Part shown: positions 49,151 to 59,562 of the stretch, piece by piece
How the letters are laid out: each line of letters opens with the position of its first letter
Position numbering within the stretch: position 1 is the stretch's first letter
The notes under the pieces: model-generated
Told to the model about the DNA's origin: nothing
What the model saw: only the letters and a program-made list of their open reading frames with translations
Database searches by the model: none
Program-made: the position numbers and the translations under genes
NCBI GenBank assembly: GCA_964554125.1
Contig: CAZKNG010000004.1
Span: 672 to 64,671, forward strand
Source of the DNA: an uncultured bacterium
Lineage (GTDB): Bacteria > Krumholzibacteriota > Krumholzibacteriia > Krumholzibacteriales > WJIX01
DNA: 64,000 nucleotides
Direction of reading: 5' to 3'

Positions 49151-50514
49151 AAGAAGAATGCGCGGTGTTTGGAATATTCAGAAACGATGAGGCCGCGAAA
49201 CTGACCTACCTGGGACTTTATTCACTCCAGCACAGGGGACAGGAAAGTACCGGAATTATTACTTCAGACGGCAGAGAAATGTTCGAACACAAATCGATGG
49301 GGCTTGTCTCTAAAGCTTTCACCGGTGAAATATTAGACGGCTTAAAAGGAAATCTCGCCATAGGTCATAACAGGTATTCGACCGCTGGCGGGACAACCCT
49401 GGCTAACGCTCAGCCCTTTATGGTTAATTACAAGGGGGGACGGATAGCGATAGCTCACAACGGGAATATAGTTAACGCGGCAAAGCTGAGAAAGGAAATG
49501 GAAAATAACGGCTCTATATTCAGAAGCACTATGGACAGCGAGATAATTTTGCACCTGATCGCGAAAAGCAAAAAAAGGACTATGGATAAAATACTGCCCG
49601 ATGCCTTCAGGCACGTCGAGGGTGCTTATTCAATAGTTTTTCTCCTCAAGGATAGGATAATCGCGGTTAGAGATCCGCACGGGTTCAGACCTCTTTGCCT
49701 GGGAAAGCTCGGCAACTCCTATATTTTTGCTTCCGAAAGCTGTGCTTTCGATCTGATCGGGGCGGAATATATTCGTGAAATAGCCCCGGGTGAAATGTGC
49801 GTCGCGAGTGAAGACGGGATCAAGTCTGTTAATTTCGCAGAACCACCTCCCACGCTCTCTAAATGCATCTTTGAATTTATTTATTTCTCAAGACCCGACA
49901 GCAAAGTCTTCGGTGAAAATGTCGACAAGGTCAGGAGGAAACTTGGACGCAAGTTGAGTGAGGAGGCGCCGGTCGACGCCGATATAGTAATTTCCGTTCC
50001 CGATTCGAGTAATACGATAGCTCTCGGCTACGCTAATGGATCAGGTATTCCTTACGAGATAGGGTTGATCCGCAATCACTATGTGGGACGTACGTTTATT
50101 CAGCCGGAACAGAGTTCGAGGGATTGGGACGTGCGAATCAAGTTCAACCCGGTCAGCGGTGTTCTGAAGGATAAAAGGGTTATTGTAGTGGATGATTCTA
50201 TCGTTCGAGGATCTACAATGAAGAAGCTCGTAAATATGCTGCGCCAGGCCGGAGCGGGCGAAATTCACTTGAGGGTTGGCTCTCCCATGATAAACAATTC
50301 GTGCTATTTTGGTATCGATACACCAACGAGAAAAGAGCTGATTGCTTCTTCCTATTCGTCAGAGCAGATCAGGTCATTTCTCGACGCTGACAGCCTTGAA
50401 TATATTTCCCTTGAAGGATTGAAGAGTTGTGTAAAAAATCCGGAGGATTACTGCGTGGCCTGTTTCAATGGTGATTATCCAATTGACTGTGGTGATTGTC
50501 TCGAGGGTGCTTAA
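49147..50514 (+). CDS. purF: Amidophosphoribosyltransferase PurF (canonical, with propeptide and catalytic Cys)
   Basis: MKEECAVFGIF with Cys following the propeptide. HRGQES motif. PRTase motif VVDDSIVRG. Confidence 0.85.
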   Translation: MKEECAVFGIFRNDEAAKLTYLGLYSLQHRGQESTGIITSDGREMFEHKSMGLVSKAFTGEILDGLKGNLAIGHNRYSTAGGTTLANAQPFMVNYKGGRIAIAHNGNIVNAAKLRKEMENNGSIFRSTMDSEIILHLIAKSKKRTMDKILPDAFRHVEGAYSIVFLLKDRIIAVRDPHGFRPLCLGKLGNSYIFASESCAFDLIGAEYIREIAPGEMCVASEDGIKSVNFAEPPPTLSKCIFEFIYFSRPDSKVFGENVDKVRRKLGRKLSEEAPVDADIVISVPDSSNTIALGYANGSGIPYEIGLIRNHYVGRTFIQPEQSSRDWDVRIKFNPVSGVLKDKRVIVVDDSIVRGSTMKKLVNMLRQAGAGEIHLRVGSPMINNSCYFGIDTPTRKELIASSYSSEQIRSFLDADSLEYISLEGLKSCVKNPEDYCVACFNGDYPIDCGDCLEGA

Positions 50515-50570
50515 GAAACTGCTGATGGCGGAATTGTCCGGCTCGTTGGTAAGAAGGGACTGGAAATAAT

Positions 50571-51965
50571 ATGAATGTGTCTCCCCCCGAGAGTGAAATA
50601 AATGACGTATTGGAATTTGCGACTTCAAACGGCGCTGAATTTGCCGAACTCTTTTTTGAAAACAGACAGACGGGGTCTATACTCCTCGAAGACCGAAGAG
50701 CGGAAAAAATATTAAGCGGCAGGGATGCCGGCTTCGGTCTCAGGATTGTAAACTCAGGCAGTACCGCGTATGGTTATTCCAATGTTATATCCGCTGAAGA
50801 GATGATGCGGTTATGCCGGGATGTCTTGGAAGAGGTGAATGGCGGCAAAGGTGATTTTGTTCTTCACGGAAAGATGAAAAAGGGGCGGGCCGGCAAAATA
50901 GCAGTACCAGCTGAAAAAGTCCCTCTTGAAGATAAGGTTGATATTGCTTTTGAGGCTGACAGAATTGCAAGGGGAAGATCTGAAGAGATTGCGCAGGTAA
51001 GTGTAAGATACGGCGAAAGTCTTCAGCAGGTTGAGATATTCAACAGTGAAGGTGTATCTGTCGGGGATGAACGCCGCCAGTTACTGTTTAACATAACCGT
51101 CGTTGCTTCAGACGGTTCAGATCTGCAGTCCGCGTACAGGAGTGTCGGCGGGAGGAAAGGGTATGAGTTTCTTTCAGCCGAACTGATCGAGAAACTTGCC
51201 CGTGAGGCCTCAGCAGGAGCCGTGAGGATACTTAAAGCTCCCCGCGTAAGCGGCGGGATTATGAAAGTTGTTCTGGGCAGTGAAGCGGGCGGCACAATGG
51301 TTCACGAGGCAATAGGGCACGGGCTCGAAGGTGATTCAGTCGCAAAGGAACAATCGGTTTACACGGGCAGAATGGGGGAGATGGTGGCTTCAGAGCTGGT
51401 AAGCGTTGTCGATGATGCTACTCTCGAAGGGAAAAGGGGGTCGTATATATTTGACGACGAAGGACAGCCGGCGCTCAGGACACTTCTTGTCGATAAAGGC
51501 GTATTGAAGGGGTATATGCACAGCAGTCAGTCAGCTGAAAAACTCGGAACATCTTCGACGGGAAACGCCAGAAGACAATCTTTCAGATACAGGCCGATTG
51601 TAAGGATGAGTAACACGATGATCGTTCCCGGAGAGGATGATGCCGATTCTATAATATCAAGTGTTGAAGACGGTTTATACGTTGCCCGTATGGGCGGCGG
51701 GCAGGTTGATACTTCAACCGGCGATTTTGTTTTCAAGGTTAATGAAGGATATATGATCAAAAAGGGGAAACTCGGCAACCCCGTGAGAGGAGCGACTCTT
51801 ATAGGAAATGGACCTAAGATACTGACTCAGATCGATATGGTAGGAGATGACCCAGGATTCGATATAGGTTCGTGCGGTAAAGACGGACAGGTTGTGCCCG
51901 TTTCAGACGCCCAGCCGACTCTGAGAATTCCATCTATTACGGTTGGGGGAGAGGCACAGGTGTGA
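50571..51965 (+). CDS. tldD: TldD-family metalloprotease
   Basis: HEAIGHGLEGD zinc motif. C-terminal GxC motif. Confidence 0.75.
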   Translation: MNVSPPESEINDVLEFATSNGAEFAELFFENRQTGSILLEDRRAEKILSGRDAGFGLRIVNSGSTAYGYSNVISAEEMMRLCRDVLEEVNGGKGDFVLHGKMKKGRAGKIAVPAEKVPLEDKVDIAFEADRIARGRSEEIAQVSVRYGESLQQVEIFNSEGVSVGDERRQLLFNITVVASDGSDLQSAYRSVGGRKGYEFLSAELIEKLAREASAGAVRILKAPRVSGGIMKVVLGSEAGGTMVHEAIGHGLEGDSVAKEQSVYTGRMGEMVASELVSVVDDATLEGKRGSYIFDDEGQPALRTLLVDKGVLKGYMHSSQSAEKLGTSSTGNARRQSFRYRPIVRMSNTMIVPGEDDADSIISSVEDGLYVARMGGGQVDTSTGDFVFKVNEGYMIKKGKLGNPVRGATLIGNGPKILTQIDMVGDDPGFDIGSCGKDGQVVPVSDAQPTLRIPSITVGGEAQV

Positions 51966-51971
51966 TGATTT

Positions 51972-54707
51972 ATGAACGGCAAATCTCCTGATCCCTATTT
52001 CGATGGAATTCTTCCTACAGTTGAAAAACCGTCAAGGTATATCGGCAATGAGCTGAACTTTCTCTCTGAGGGATTTACAGAAGGAAGATTCAACATCCTG
52101 CTTGCCTTTCCCGACGTTTATGAGATAGGAATGTCATATCAGGGTATCCACACCCTTTACAGGAGAATTCTTCAGAGGCGGCTGGCGGAAGTTGAGTTTG
52201 TTTTCGCGCCGTGGCCCGATATGGAGAAGAGGCTCTCAGACTGTAATGAACAATTAAGGTCGCTGCAGACGGGAACGCCGGCGGACAGATTCGATCTTGT
52301 CGGATTCTCACTGACGTATGAACTTCACTACACCAATCTTATAATGATGCTGCGCCTTTCCGGCATACCCCTGGAAGCGTCTGAGAGGACCGGCAGAGAT
52401 CCGCTTGTTGTTGCCGGCGGAGCATGCTGCATGAATCCTCTTCCGTTTATAAAGTCAATGGACGCCGTGTTTCTCGGCGACGGTGAAGAGTCTCTATCGG
52501 AAGCGGTTGAACTGCTGAAGGAGCTGAAAAGTTCTAACGCGGTGAGAGAAGAGATGAAAGAGGCGCTGTCAGGGATTGACGGGGTTTATGTTGAAGGCTA
52601 TTCGTCAGATGCCGGATCGAGGATCTATTCTTTACACTCCGGTGATGACAGGAAGTTTGATCCTCCTTATAAACTTCCCGATATTGTCCCTTCCTGGAAA
52701 CCCCTTGTGCCTTCGTCCAAGATAGTGCACGGGAGACTCGTGATCGAGGTTCAGAGAGGATGTACCAGAGGTTGCCGTTTCTGCCAGGCGGGAATGCTCT
52801 ACAGGCCTTGCCGTGAAAGGGGTGTTGATGGGATCGTCCGTGCTGTAATTGACGGGCTGGACTCAAGCGGTTGGGAGGAAGTTTCGCTTCTCTCTCTTTC
52901 TACTTCCGATTATTCCAAACTCGGCGAGCTCGTTGAAAAGCTGACTCCGGAGCTGCGTCGCAGAAATGTCTCACTTGCTCTCCCCAGCCTGCGGCCGGAA
53001 ACAATAACGGACAGGATCGTAGAAGCCCTTTCGCTGGGTAAGAAATCGGGGTTTACAATTGCTCCCGAAGCGGGAACCCGGCGGCTTAGAAGAGTTATAA
53101 ACCGAGATATGAGTAATGAGGATATTATCGGCAGTTGCAGGAGGATAATCGAAGGAGGCTGGCGGACTATCAAGTTGTATTTTATGATAGGCCTTCCGAC
53201 TGAGACTAAAGCGGATCTTGACGGAATTATTGATTTGATAAATGAGATACTTAGTTTGAAGAGAAAGGGAAAATTCAGATTAAACGTAACAGTTTCACCT
53301 TTTGTTCCTAAAGCACACACTCCGTTTCAAAGAGAAAAGCAATGCGGCGTACTTGAAATCGCCGAGAAGGAGGAATACCTTTCCAGGCGTTTGAAAGACC
53401 GCCGTTTAAACCTGCGCCTTAGAAATCCCGAGGTCAGTGTGCTGGAAGGAGTACTCGCGAGAGGAGATTCTTCCCTGTGGCCGGTCCTTCTCCGCGTAGT
53501 TGAAAGAGGAGGACGTTTTGAAGGGTGGAGCGATTACTTCAACTTCGATATATGGAAAGAGGAGCTCGAAGAGAAGGGGATGGACCTGCGCAAACTTCTT
53601 TCCGGAATACCTGCCGGAGATCCTCTCCCGTGGGAAAAATTCAGACCCGCTGTAAGCAGAGAGTTTCTTCTCGCGGAGAAAGAAAGAGGGTATAATGGGA
53701 TATTGACGCCTGATTGCAGGGATGGATTTTGTACTGATTGTGGCGTGTGTGATCATATTGCCCCGGAAGATGCTGTCTATGGAAAGAAGAGGGAGGACTC
53801 GAATGATAAAGAGAAAGGCGTTGAAGATTCAAAAGCGGCAGAAGATTATTCGAGTCTCAAGCATGGAAGAGAAGTTGAGAAAACAGATATTAATTCTGAT
53901 CCGGGGAAAAACCAGAAGGCTGTTTTCCGCTATAGATTTATTTTCTCAAAAACCGGGAAGGCAAGATTTATATCACACCGGGAGATTGTCGATATCATCC
54001 GGAGAGCCGTCAGGCGGACGGGACTTCCGGTCAATTTAAGCAAAGGGTTTCATCCTCAGGTAAAACTTTCTATTGCTCCGCCTCTCTCTGTGGGAATGGA
54101 AGGCGAAAACGAGTTTTTCGATATCGAGCTGAAAGATAGAATCGATATATCTCCCGCGGTTTTTCATCAGCTTCTACCTCCCGGAATTGAAGTTAAACGG
54201 TGCACCGGAGCTTTTACGAAAAAGAGGGGGAAGTTGCCGGTTAAATCGTTGTTCCATTATCATCTCGATTTCGAGGCTCTTCGTTTTCTTATAAAGGATT
54301 ACAGAAAAGACAGTAAATATTTGCGTCAGGGGTTCAAAATATGGTATTTGTTAAAAGAGAGTTTGAACTTTCAGAGTGAGGAAATCGTTGTTGACGGTTA
54401 TCTTGCTGATAATCCGGCAGAATGCCTGTTGGAGCGGTTCGAAGAGCTTTTTGGAAGGGATGAAGATATTATAAATAGAAGGGGAAAAACGCGATCTGTA
54501 GAGGGTTGCCGGGCGGAATTCGTCAGAGATGATGTTATCGGGTTGAAATTACCGGCTGAAGGAGGAGCCGGGATCACTCCGCGGGATCTATTGAGCGTTT
54601 ATCTGCCTGATAAGTTTGCTGATTTAGTAAGAATTACCAGAAAGGGACTATACTATATAGAAGGGGGTAAATATTATGACCCCGCCGAGCTTATAGAAAA
54701 AAGGTAA
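51972..54707 (+). CDS. B12-binding-domain radical SAM protein (TIGR03960-like) fused to DUF2344 (TIGR03936-like)
   Basis: CTRGCRFCQAG radical-SAM cluster motif. Low-complexity linker (KREDSNDKEKGVEDSK...). C-terminal DUF2344-like domain. Sits immediately upstream of the RNase G gene. Confidence 0.65.
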   Translation: MNGKSPDPYFDGILPTVEKPSRYIGNELNFLSEGFTEGRFNILLAFPDVYEIGMSYQGIHTLYRRILQRRLAEVEFVFAPWPDMEKRLSDCNEQLRSLQTGTPADRFDLVGFSLTYELHYTNLIMMLRLSGIPLEASERTGRDPLVVAGGACCMNPLPFIKSMDAVFLGDGEESLSEAVELLKELKSSNAVREEMKEALSGIDGVYVEGYSSDAGSRIYSLHSGDDRKFDPPYKLPDIVPSWKPLVPSSKIVHGRLVIEVQRGCTRGCRFCQAGMLYRPCRERGVDGIVRAVIDGLDSSGWEEVSLLSLSTSDYSKLGELVEKLTPELRRRNVSLALPSLRPETITDRIVEALSLGKKSGFTIAPEAGTRRLRRVINRDMSNEDIIGSCRRIIEGGWRTIKLYFMIGLPTETKADLDGIIDLINEILSLKRKGKFRLNVTVSPFVPKAHTPFQREKQCGVLEIAEKEEYLSRRLKDRRLNLRLRNPEVSVLEGVLARGDSSLWPVLLRVVERGGRFEGWSDYFNFDIWKEELEEKGMDLRKLLSGIPAGDPLPWEKFRPAVSREFLLAEKERGYNGILTPDCRDGFCTDCGVCDHIAPEDAVYGKKREDSNDKEKGVEDSKAAEDYSSLKHGREVEKTDINSDPGKNQKAVFRYRFIFSKTGKARFISHREIVDIIRRAVRRTGLPVNLSKGFHPQVKLSIAPPLSVGMEGENEFFDIELKDRIDISPAVFHQLLPPGIEVKRCTGAFTKKRGKLPVKSLFHYHLDFEALRFLIKDYRKDSKYLRQGFKIWYLLKESLNFQSEEIVVDGYLADNPAECLLERFEELFGRDEDIINRRGKTRSVEGCRAEFVRDDVIGLKLPAEGGAGITPRDLLSVYLPDKFADLVRITRKGLYYIEGGKYYDPAELIEKR

Positions 54708-54709
54708 AT

Positions 54710-56248
54710 ATGGGAAAAAAGATAAAAAAAGAAATAGTAATAAACTATACAAAGAGAGAAGTTCGTATAGCTATACTCGAAGATGAAGAGCTTGTTGAAT
54801 TTCTTATCGAACGGGAGGATAACCGCAGAACTGTAGGCGCGATCTTTCTCGGAAAGGTCAGCGCTGTTATTCCCGGAATTCAGGCGGCATTCGTTAATAT
54901 CGGAAGGGAGAAAGCCGCCTTTCTTCACGCGAGTGATGTCGGTACGGGATCTGTGGATCCTGATCTGATCGAGGATGAGGAAGCTGATTTCAACGAAAGC
55001 AGGAGCCAGAAAGAGACACCCCCTATTCAGAGTCTATTGAAGAAGGGTGATGAAATAATTGTGCAGATACGCAAAGAAGCGATAGGGACTAAAGGTCCCC
55101 GGATATCTTCCCAGCTTTCACTGCCCGGACGTTACGCGGTACTCATGCCCAATCTCAATCATGTGGGAATAAGTAAAAAGACCAGGGATCGCCGGGAAAG
55201 ACACAGGCTCAGACAGATAGCCAGGAAATACCGTCCCAAGGGGTGCGCTGTTATAGTAAGAACCGTCGGAAAAGGTGTGAGCGAAAATCAACTCAGAGAT
55301 GACATTAAACAACTGGAAAAGAAATGGAAGAAGATTCAGAAGAATATCCAGAAAGCCAAGGCGCCTTCTTTGATACATGAGGATGTTGATATTACCGTGT
55401 TTGCCATCAGAGATCAGGTGTCGAATGATGTTGACAGAATCACTATAGATAACAGGGATGAATACAGCAGGTTGATCGCCTATCTTAAGAGTTCAGCGCC
55501 TAAACTGGCTTCAAAGGTGAAGCTGTATAAAAAGGATATACCTGTTTTCGATTACTTCGAAATCGAAAGGGAAATCAAGAAGACTCTCGAGAGAAAGATA
55601 TGGTTTCGCAAGGGTGGATATCTGGTTATAGAACATACAGAAGCGCTTGTCTCGATAGATGTTAATACCGGCCGCTTTACTGGAAAGAAGAATCAGGAAG
55701 AGACGATTTTTGAAACAAATATGATTGCGGCAAAAGAGATAGCAAGACAGCTGAGGCTTCGTGATATAGGCGGAATCATAGTTGTAGATTTTATCGATAT
55801 GGAAAGGGAGCAGAACCGCAGGAAAGTTTATCAGGAGTTCAAGCGTATGCTCAAGAGAGGCAAGTCTTACGCGAGGGTTTCTAAGATAAGCGATCTGGGG
55901 TTGATTGAAGTGAGCAGAAAAAGAGTTCGCCCGAGCCTTCTTCACTACTATAGTGATGAATGTCCATACTGCAACGGGAGCGGAAAAATCCTGAGCATAG
56001 AATCGATGGCTATGAAGATCGAACACTGGATAAGACGCTGTGGAGCAAAGAAGATAAAAGGGGTGCAGTTTCGCGTAAATTCTATGCTTGGATTATTCCT
56101 CCGTGAAAAGAAAGGCGAATATATCAATCAACTCGCGGATAAATACAATATAGAGATTGAAATTATTGATGATCCCAGAATGCAGAGGGAGGACTTCAGG
56201 GTCCTTTCAAGAGACGGCAAAAGAGATCTTAAGGCAGAACTTGTATAG
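54710..56248 (+). CDS. rng: Ribonuclease G/E family (Rng/CafA)
   Basis: S1 domain N-terminus. DNase-I-like catalytic core (VIDFIDM). Zn-link CPxCxGxG. Confidence 0.8.
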   Translation: MGKKIKKEIVINYTKREVRIAILEDEELVEFLIEREDNRRTVGAIFLGKVSAVIPGIQAAFVNIGREKAAFLHASDVGTGSVDPDLIEDEEADFNESRSQKETPPIQSLLKKGDEIIVQIRKEAIGTKGPRISSQLSLPGRYAVLMPNLNHVGISKKTRDRRERHRLRQIARKYRPKGCAVIVRTVGKGVSENQLRDDIKQLEKKWKKIQKNIQKAKAPSLIHEDVDITVFAIRDQVSNDVDRITIDNRDEYSRLIAYLKSSAPKLASKVKLYKKDIPVFDYFEIEREIKKTLERKIWFRKGGYLVIEHTEALVSIDVNTGRFTGKKNQEETIFETNMIAAKEIARQLRLRDIGGIIVVDFIDMEREQNRRKVYQEFKRMLKRGKSYARVSKISDLGLIEVSRKRVRPSLLHYYSDECPYCNGSGKILSIESMAMKIEHWIRRCGAKKIKGVQFRVNSMLGLFLREKKGEYINQLADKYNIEIEIIDDPRMQREDFRVLSRDGKRDLKAELV

Positions 56249-56471
56249 ATTTGCCGTATACCGTGGTGTCTGTATCGGGATCCTTCTATTCTCTGACACG
56301 GCAATGAATTGTCCGTGCTGAAAACGGAGGGCAACTAGGTTTCTCTTTGAAGGGCTTATCTGTTGAGCCGGGATTCAGAAAATCCCTCCAAGCTGCAAGT
56401 TCACGCTTGACTTGCGGCGGTTTGTTTGTTATTTATAAATTCGCTTAATTATTTCAAGGAGGTTGCGTAGA

Positions 56472-56783
56472 GTGTACGCGGTTGTAAATATAGCAGGAAA
56501 GCAGATAAAGGTTGAGAAGGAAAGTAATGTCCACGTTCCTCTTATAGATATGGAAGTGGGCAGTACTGTCACTTGCGATGACGTATTGTTCTATTCAGAT
56601 GATGACGATATAAGAGTCGGCAAACCTTATCTGGACGGTATTAAAGTGACCGCGGAGATTCTGGAACATGGCAGGGATGAGAAAATCGTCGTGTTCAAGA
56701 TGAAACGCAGAAAGAAGTACCGCAGGAAAAGAGGGCATCATCAGAAATATACTCTCCTTAGAATAAAGGATATATCAGCATAA
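56472..56783 (+). CDS. rplU: 50S ribosomal protein L21
   Basis: GTG start giving [11 protein letters not shown], 10 nt after an AAGGAGG ribosome-binding site. Confidence 0.85.
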   Translation: MYAVVNIAGKQIKVEKESNVHVPLIDMEVGSTVTCDDVLFYSDDDDIRVGKPYLDGIKVTAEILEHGRDEKIVVFKMKRRKKYRRKRGHHQKYTLLRIKDISA

Positions 56784-56805
56784 GTATAATCAGGGAGAAA
56801 CTGTA

Positions 56806-57060
56806 ATGGCGCATAAAAAAGGTGTTGGAAGTTCAAAAAACGGTAGAGACAGTAACGCGAAATCTTTTGGGGTAAAGAGATTCGCGGGCCAGGAAGTTAA
56901 CGCGGGTACGATACTTGTACGTCAGAGGGGGACAAGAATTCACCCCGGCAAGAATGTGGGCAAGGGAAGGGACAATACCCTTTACGCTTTAATCGACGGC
57001 AGAGTAGAATACGAAAGATTGAGTAAGAAAAGAAAAAAAGTGAGTATATACGTAAATTAA
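56806..57060 (+). CDS. rpmA: 50S ribosomal protein L27
   Basis: [17 protein letters not shown]-terminus. Confidence 0.9.
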   Translation: MAHKKGVGSSKNGRDSNAKSFGVKRFAGQEVNAGTILVRQRGTRIHPGKNVGKGRDNTLYALIDGRVEYERLSKKRKKVSIYVN

Positions 57061-57093
57061 ACTCTTCATATGAAATAAGAACGGCAATTTAAC

Positions 57094-57137
57094 GGGAACC
57101 CGAAGCAATTTAAGAAGCTGAGGGTTCTTTTTTTTTG
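57094..57137 (+). terminator. Rho-independent terminator after rpmA
   Basis: GGGAACCC...GGGTTC stem followed by T9. Confidence 0.6.
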
Positions 57138-57245
57138 AGCAGTTCGGAAATTTATGTTAGTCTTAAAAAAATATAGTTGGTTTTTTAGTTAGGATAGTTG
57201 ACAGGTAATGCAGGACCGCTTTATTTGAAATCCCGGAGGTGTATT

Positions 57246-57902
57246 GTGAGACTCAAATTTCTTGGTCACGCCTGCTTTGAACTCATTTCTGATGACGGAA
57301 TTAAGATGGTATTTGATCCCTATGAATCCGGTTCATATGACGGAGCGCTTTCGTACGGGCCGGTTGAGGGCGATTATGATATTGCCGTGATAAGTCATGA
57401 TCATGCCGACCACAGAGACGAGGAGATAATATCGGGGATAAAAAATGTTGTCGAGAGCAAAGGTGATTTTTCATTCTCCGGTATTAAGATAAAGACTTTT
57501 CCAACCTTTCATGATAAATCAGAAGGCAGCGAGCGGGGCAATAATTTGATTTCGATAGTAGATACAGGCCGGATTCGTCTAGCGCACCTCGGTGATCTCG
57601 GCCACATTATCACGGTGGCAGAAATACCGGAGCTTGAGAATGTAGATATAATGATGATCCCGGTTGGAGGATATTTTACGATCGATGCCGCCGAGGCTCA
57701 TAGGATAGTAGAGGAATTCAGCCCGAAGATTGTTATACCAATGCATTTTAAGACTGAAAAGGTGGACTTTCCAATCGAACCGGTTGACAAATTTCTCGAA
57801 CTTGAGAATAATGTTGAAAAAACGGGCGGCAGTGAGCTTGATATCCAGGAGAAGATCTTTGGAGATGAACGAAGAACTGTAATGCTTAAGCCCGCGCTAT
57901 AA
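57246..57902 (+). CDS. MBL-fold metallo-hydrolase
   Basis: HDHADH metal motif. GTG start after a GGAGG ribosome-binding site. Confidence 0.7.
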   Translation: MRLKFLGHACFELISDDGIKMVFDPYESGSYDGALSYGPVEGDYDIAVISHDHADHRDEEIISGIKNVVESKGDFSFSGIKIKTFPTFHDKSEGSERGNNLISIVDTGRIRLAHLGDLGHIITVAEIPELENVDIMMIPVGGYFTIDAAEAHRIVEEFSPKIVIPMHFKTEKVDFPIEPVDKFLELENNVEKTGGSELDIQEKIFGDERRTVMLKPAL

Positions 57903-58023
57903 CTTTATGAATTTGTGATTCAGCGCGGCTTTTGCCCCGGCTTTTGATTTAAACTATGAACGCGGCGGGCGGAGTTTTTGATCCTAATAAGTGATTAATT
58001 ATTATATTCAGCGGGAGGGAAGG

Positions 58024-58866
58024 ATGAGAAAAATTGAAGCCAGCAGAATAACCGAAGTGGTGGCAAAGCTCTGTATGGAAGCTAATTTCAAACTTGAAGA
58101 AGATGTTCAGATGAGTCTGGAAAAGGCGTATGAAACAGAGAAGTCTCCTGTCGGGAAAGAGGTCCTGAAGCAGATTCTCGATAACTCCGATATTGCTTCA
58201 ACAGAGAGGGTCCCGATATGTCAGGATACCGGTATGACAGTAATCTTTGCTGAGCTGGGACAGGACGCGCGTATTGTGGGAGGTGGATTTGAAGACGCCA
58301 TCAATGAAGGTGTCAGAAAGGGTTACACCGAAGGGTACTTGAGAAAGTCGATTGTCTCCGATCCCGTAAGGGGAGGAAATACAGGTGATAACACCCCGGC
58401 TGTCATTCACCTTTCTCTTGTTCCAGGTGACAGATTGAGGATCTATGTCGTGCCGAAGGGGGGGGGAAGTGAAAATATGAGCAGGATTGCTATGATGAAA
58501 CCCGCCGACGGCGTAGAGGGGATAAAAAAATTCGTTGTAGACGGAGTAAGGGAGGCTTCCGGGAACCCCTGCCCGCCTATTACGGTAGGGGTTGGAATAG
58601 GGGGCAGTTTTGAAAGATGCGCTCAGATTTCAAAGAAGGCGCTCTTAAGGAAGGTAGGAAGCAGTAACGAGGATCCTTTCTATGACAAGCTGGAGAAGGA
58701 GATCCTTCAACTTGTTAATAAAACGGGTGTCGGCCCGGCAGGACTCGGAGGTACGACAACTGCCCTCGCTGTTCCTATTGAAACCGCGCAGCGCCATATT
58801 GCTTCATTCCCGGTGGCGATGAATATCAATTGCCACGCCGCGCGGCACAAATTTATCGAGTTGTAA
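58024..58866 (+). CDS. Fe-S hydro-lyase alpha subunit (class I fumarate hydratase / tartrate dehydratase alpha)
   Basis: Fe-S ligand Cys block (ICQDTGM). Confidence 0.75.
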   Translation: MRKIEASRITEVVAKLCMEANFKLEEDVQMSLEKAYETEKSPVGKEVLKQILDNSDIASTERVPICQDTGMTVIFAELGQDARIVGGGFEDAINEGVRKGYTEGYLRKSIVSDPVRGGNTGDNTPAVIHLSLVPGDRLRIYVVPKGGGSENMSRIAMMKPADGVEGIKKFVVDGVREASGNPCPPITVGVGIGGSFERCAQISKKALLRKVGSSNEDPFYDKLEKEILQLVNKTGVGPAGLGGTTTALAVPIETAQRHIASFPVAMNINCHAARHKFIEL

Positions 58867-58939
58867 AACTCATCTCTTGGTTTGAAGGAATGAAATATTA
58901 GAAGTAATTTAATAAAAGTTTGCAGACAGGCGGTGTATA

Positions 58940-59491
58940 ATGGCTGAATATTCATTAGAGATTCCACTTGAAAATGAGGATGTAAAAAAATTGAAGGCGG
59001 GCGACAAAGTCTCCCTTTCAGGGATAATCTATACGGCGAGAGACAGCGCTCACGAGCGTCTTGTGAAATTGATAGAAGCGGGAGATGAGCTTCCGATACC
59101 CCTTGAGGGTCAGATTATATATTATGTCGGTCCGGCGCCCACTCCGCCCGGCAAGGCTATAGGGTCCGCGGGACCGACGACAAGCTACAGAATGGATCCC
59201 TATGCCCCTGTTCTTATAGAGAATGGGCTTAAAGGTATGATTGGAAAAGGGGGCCGCACGGAGCCTGTAGTAGAAGCCATGAAAAAAGGGACGGCGGTAT
59301 ATTTCGCGGCGACGGGAGGAGCCGCGGCGCTGATTGCCAGAAGCATCATTTCTTCGGAGGTTGTGGCCTACGAGGATCTCGGGGCTGAAGCGATAAGAAA
59401 ACTTGAAGTTAAGGATTTTCCCGTAATTGTTGCTCAGGATTGTCACGGAGGCAATGTTTACGTTGAGGGCCAGGCAGAGTATGCTGAATAA
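58940..59491 (+). CDS. Fe-S hydro-lyase beta subunit (class I fumarate hydratase beta)
   Basis: LSGIIYTARD block. Swivel-domain GGAAAL motif. Confidence 0.75.
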   Translation: MAEYSLEIPLENEDVKKLKAGDKVSLSGIIYTARDSAHERLVKLIEAGDELPIPLEGQIIYYVGPAPTPPGKAIGSAGPTTSYRMDPYAPVLIENGLKGMIGKGGRTEPVVEAMKKGTAVYFAATGGAAALIARSIISSEVVAYEDLGAEAIRKLEVKDFPVIVAQDCHGGNVYVEGQAEYAE

Positions 59492-59562
59492 GCGGCGGCA
59501 CGTACCCTAATTTAGTCGGTCCCGGGGCATAGATAAGACCCGGCGTTATTTTTTACCGGAGG

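Noticed and set aside
50571-51965. TldD without an adjacent TldE/PmbA partner
   Set aside because: The partner may be encoded elsewhere in the genome, and its absence cannot be judged from one window.
56263-56309. Imperfect hairpin after rng (TTGCCGT...ACGGCAA)
   Set aside because: No downstream T-tract and the stem is interrupted. I cannot distinguish a terminator from an rplU leader structure.
56407-56439. Possible rplU promoter (TTGACT ... TATTTA/TATAAA)
   Set aside because: The -10 hexamer and spacing are ambiguous (17 versus 21 nt). This was too weak to list as a feature.
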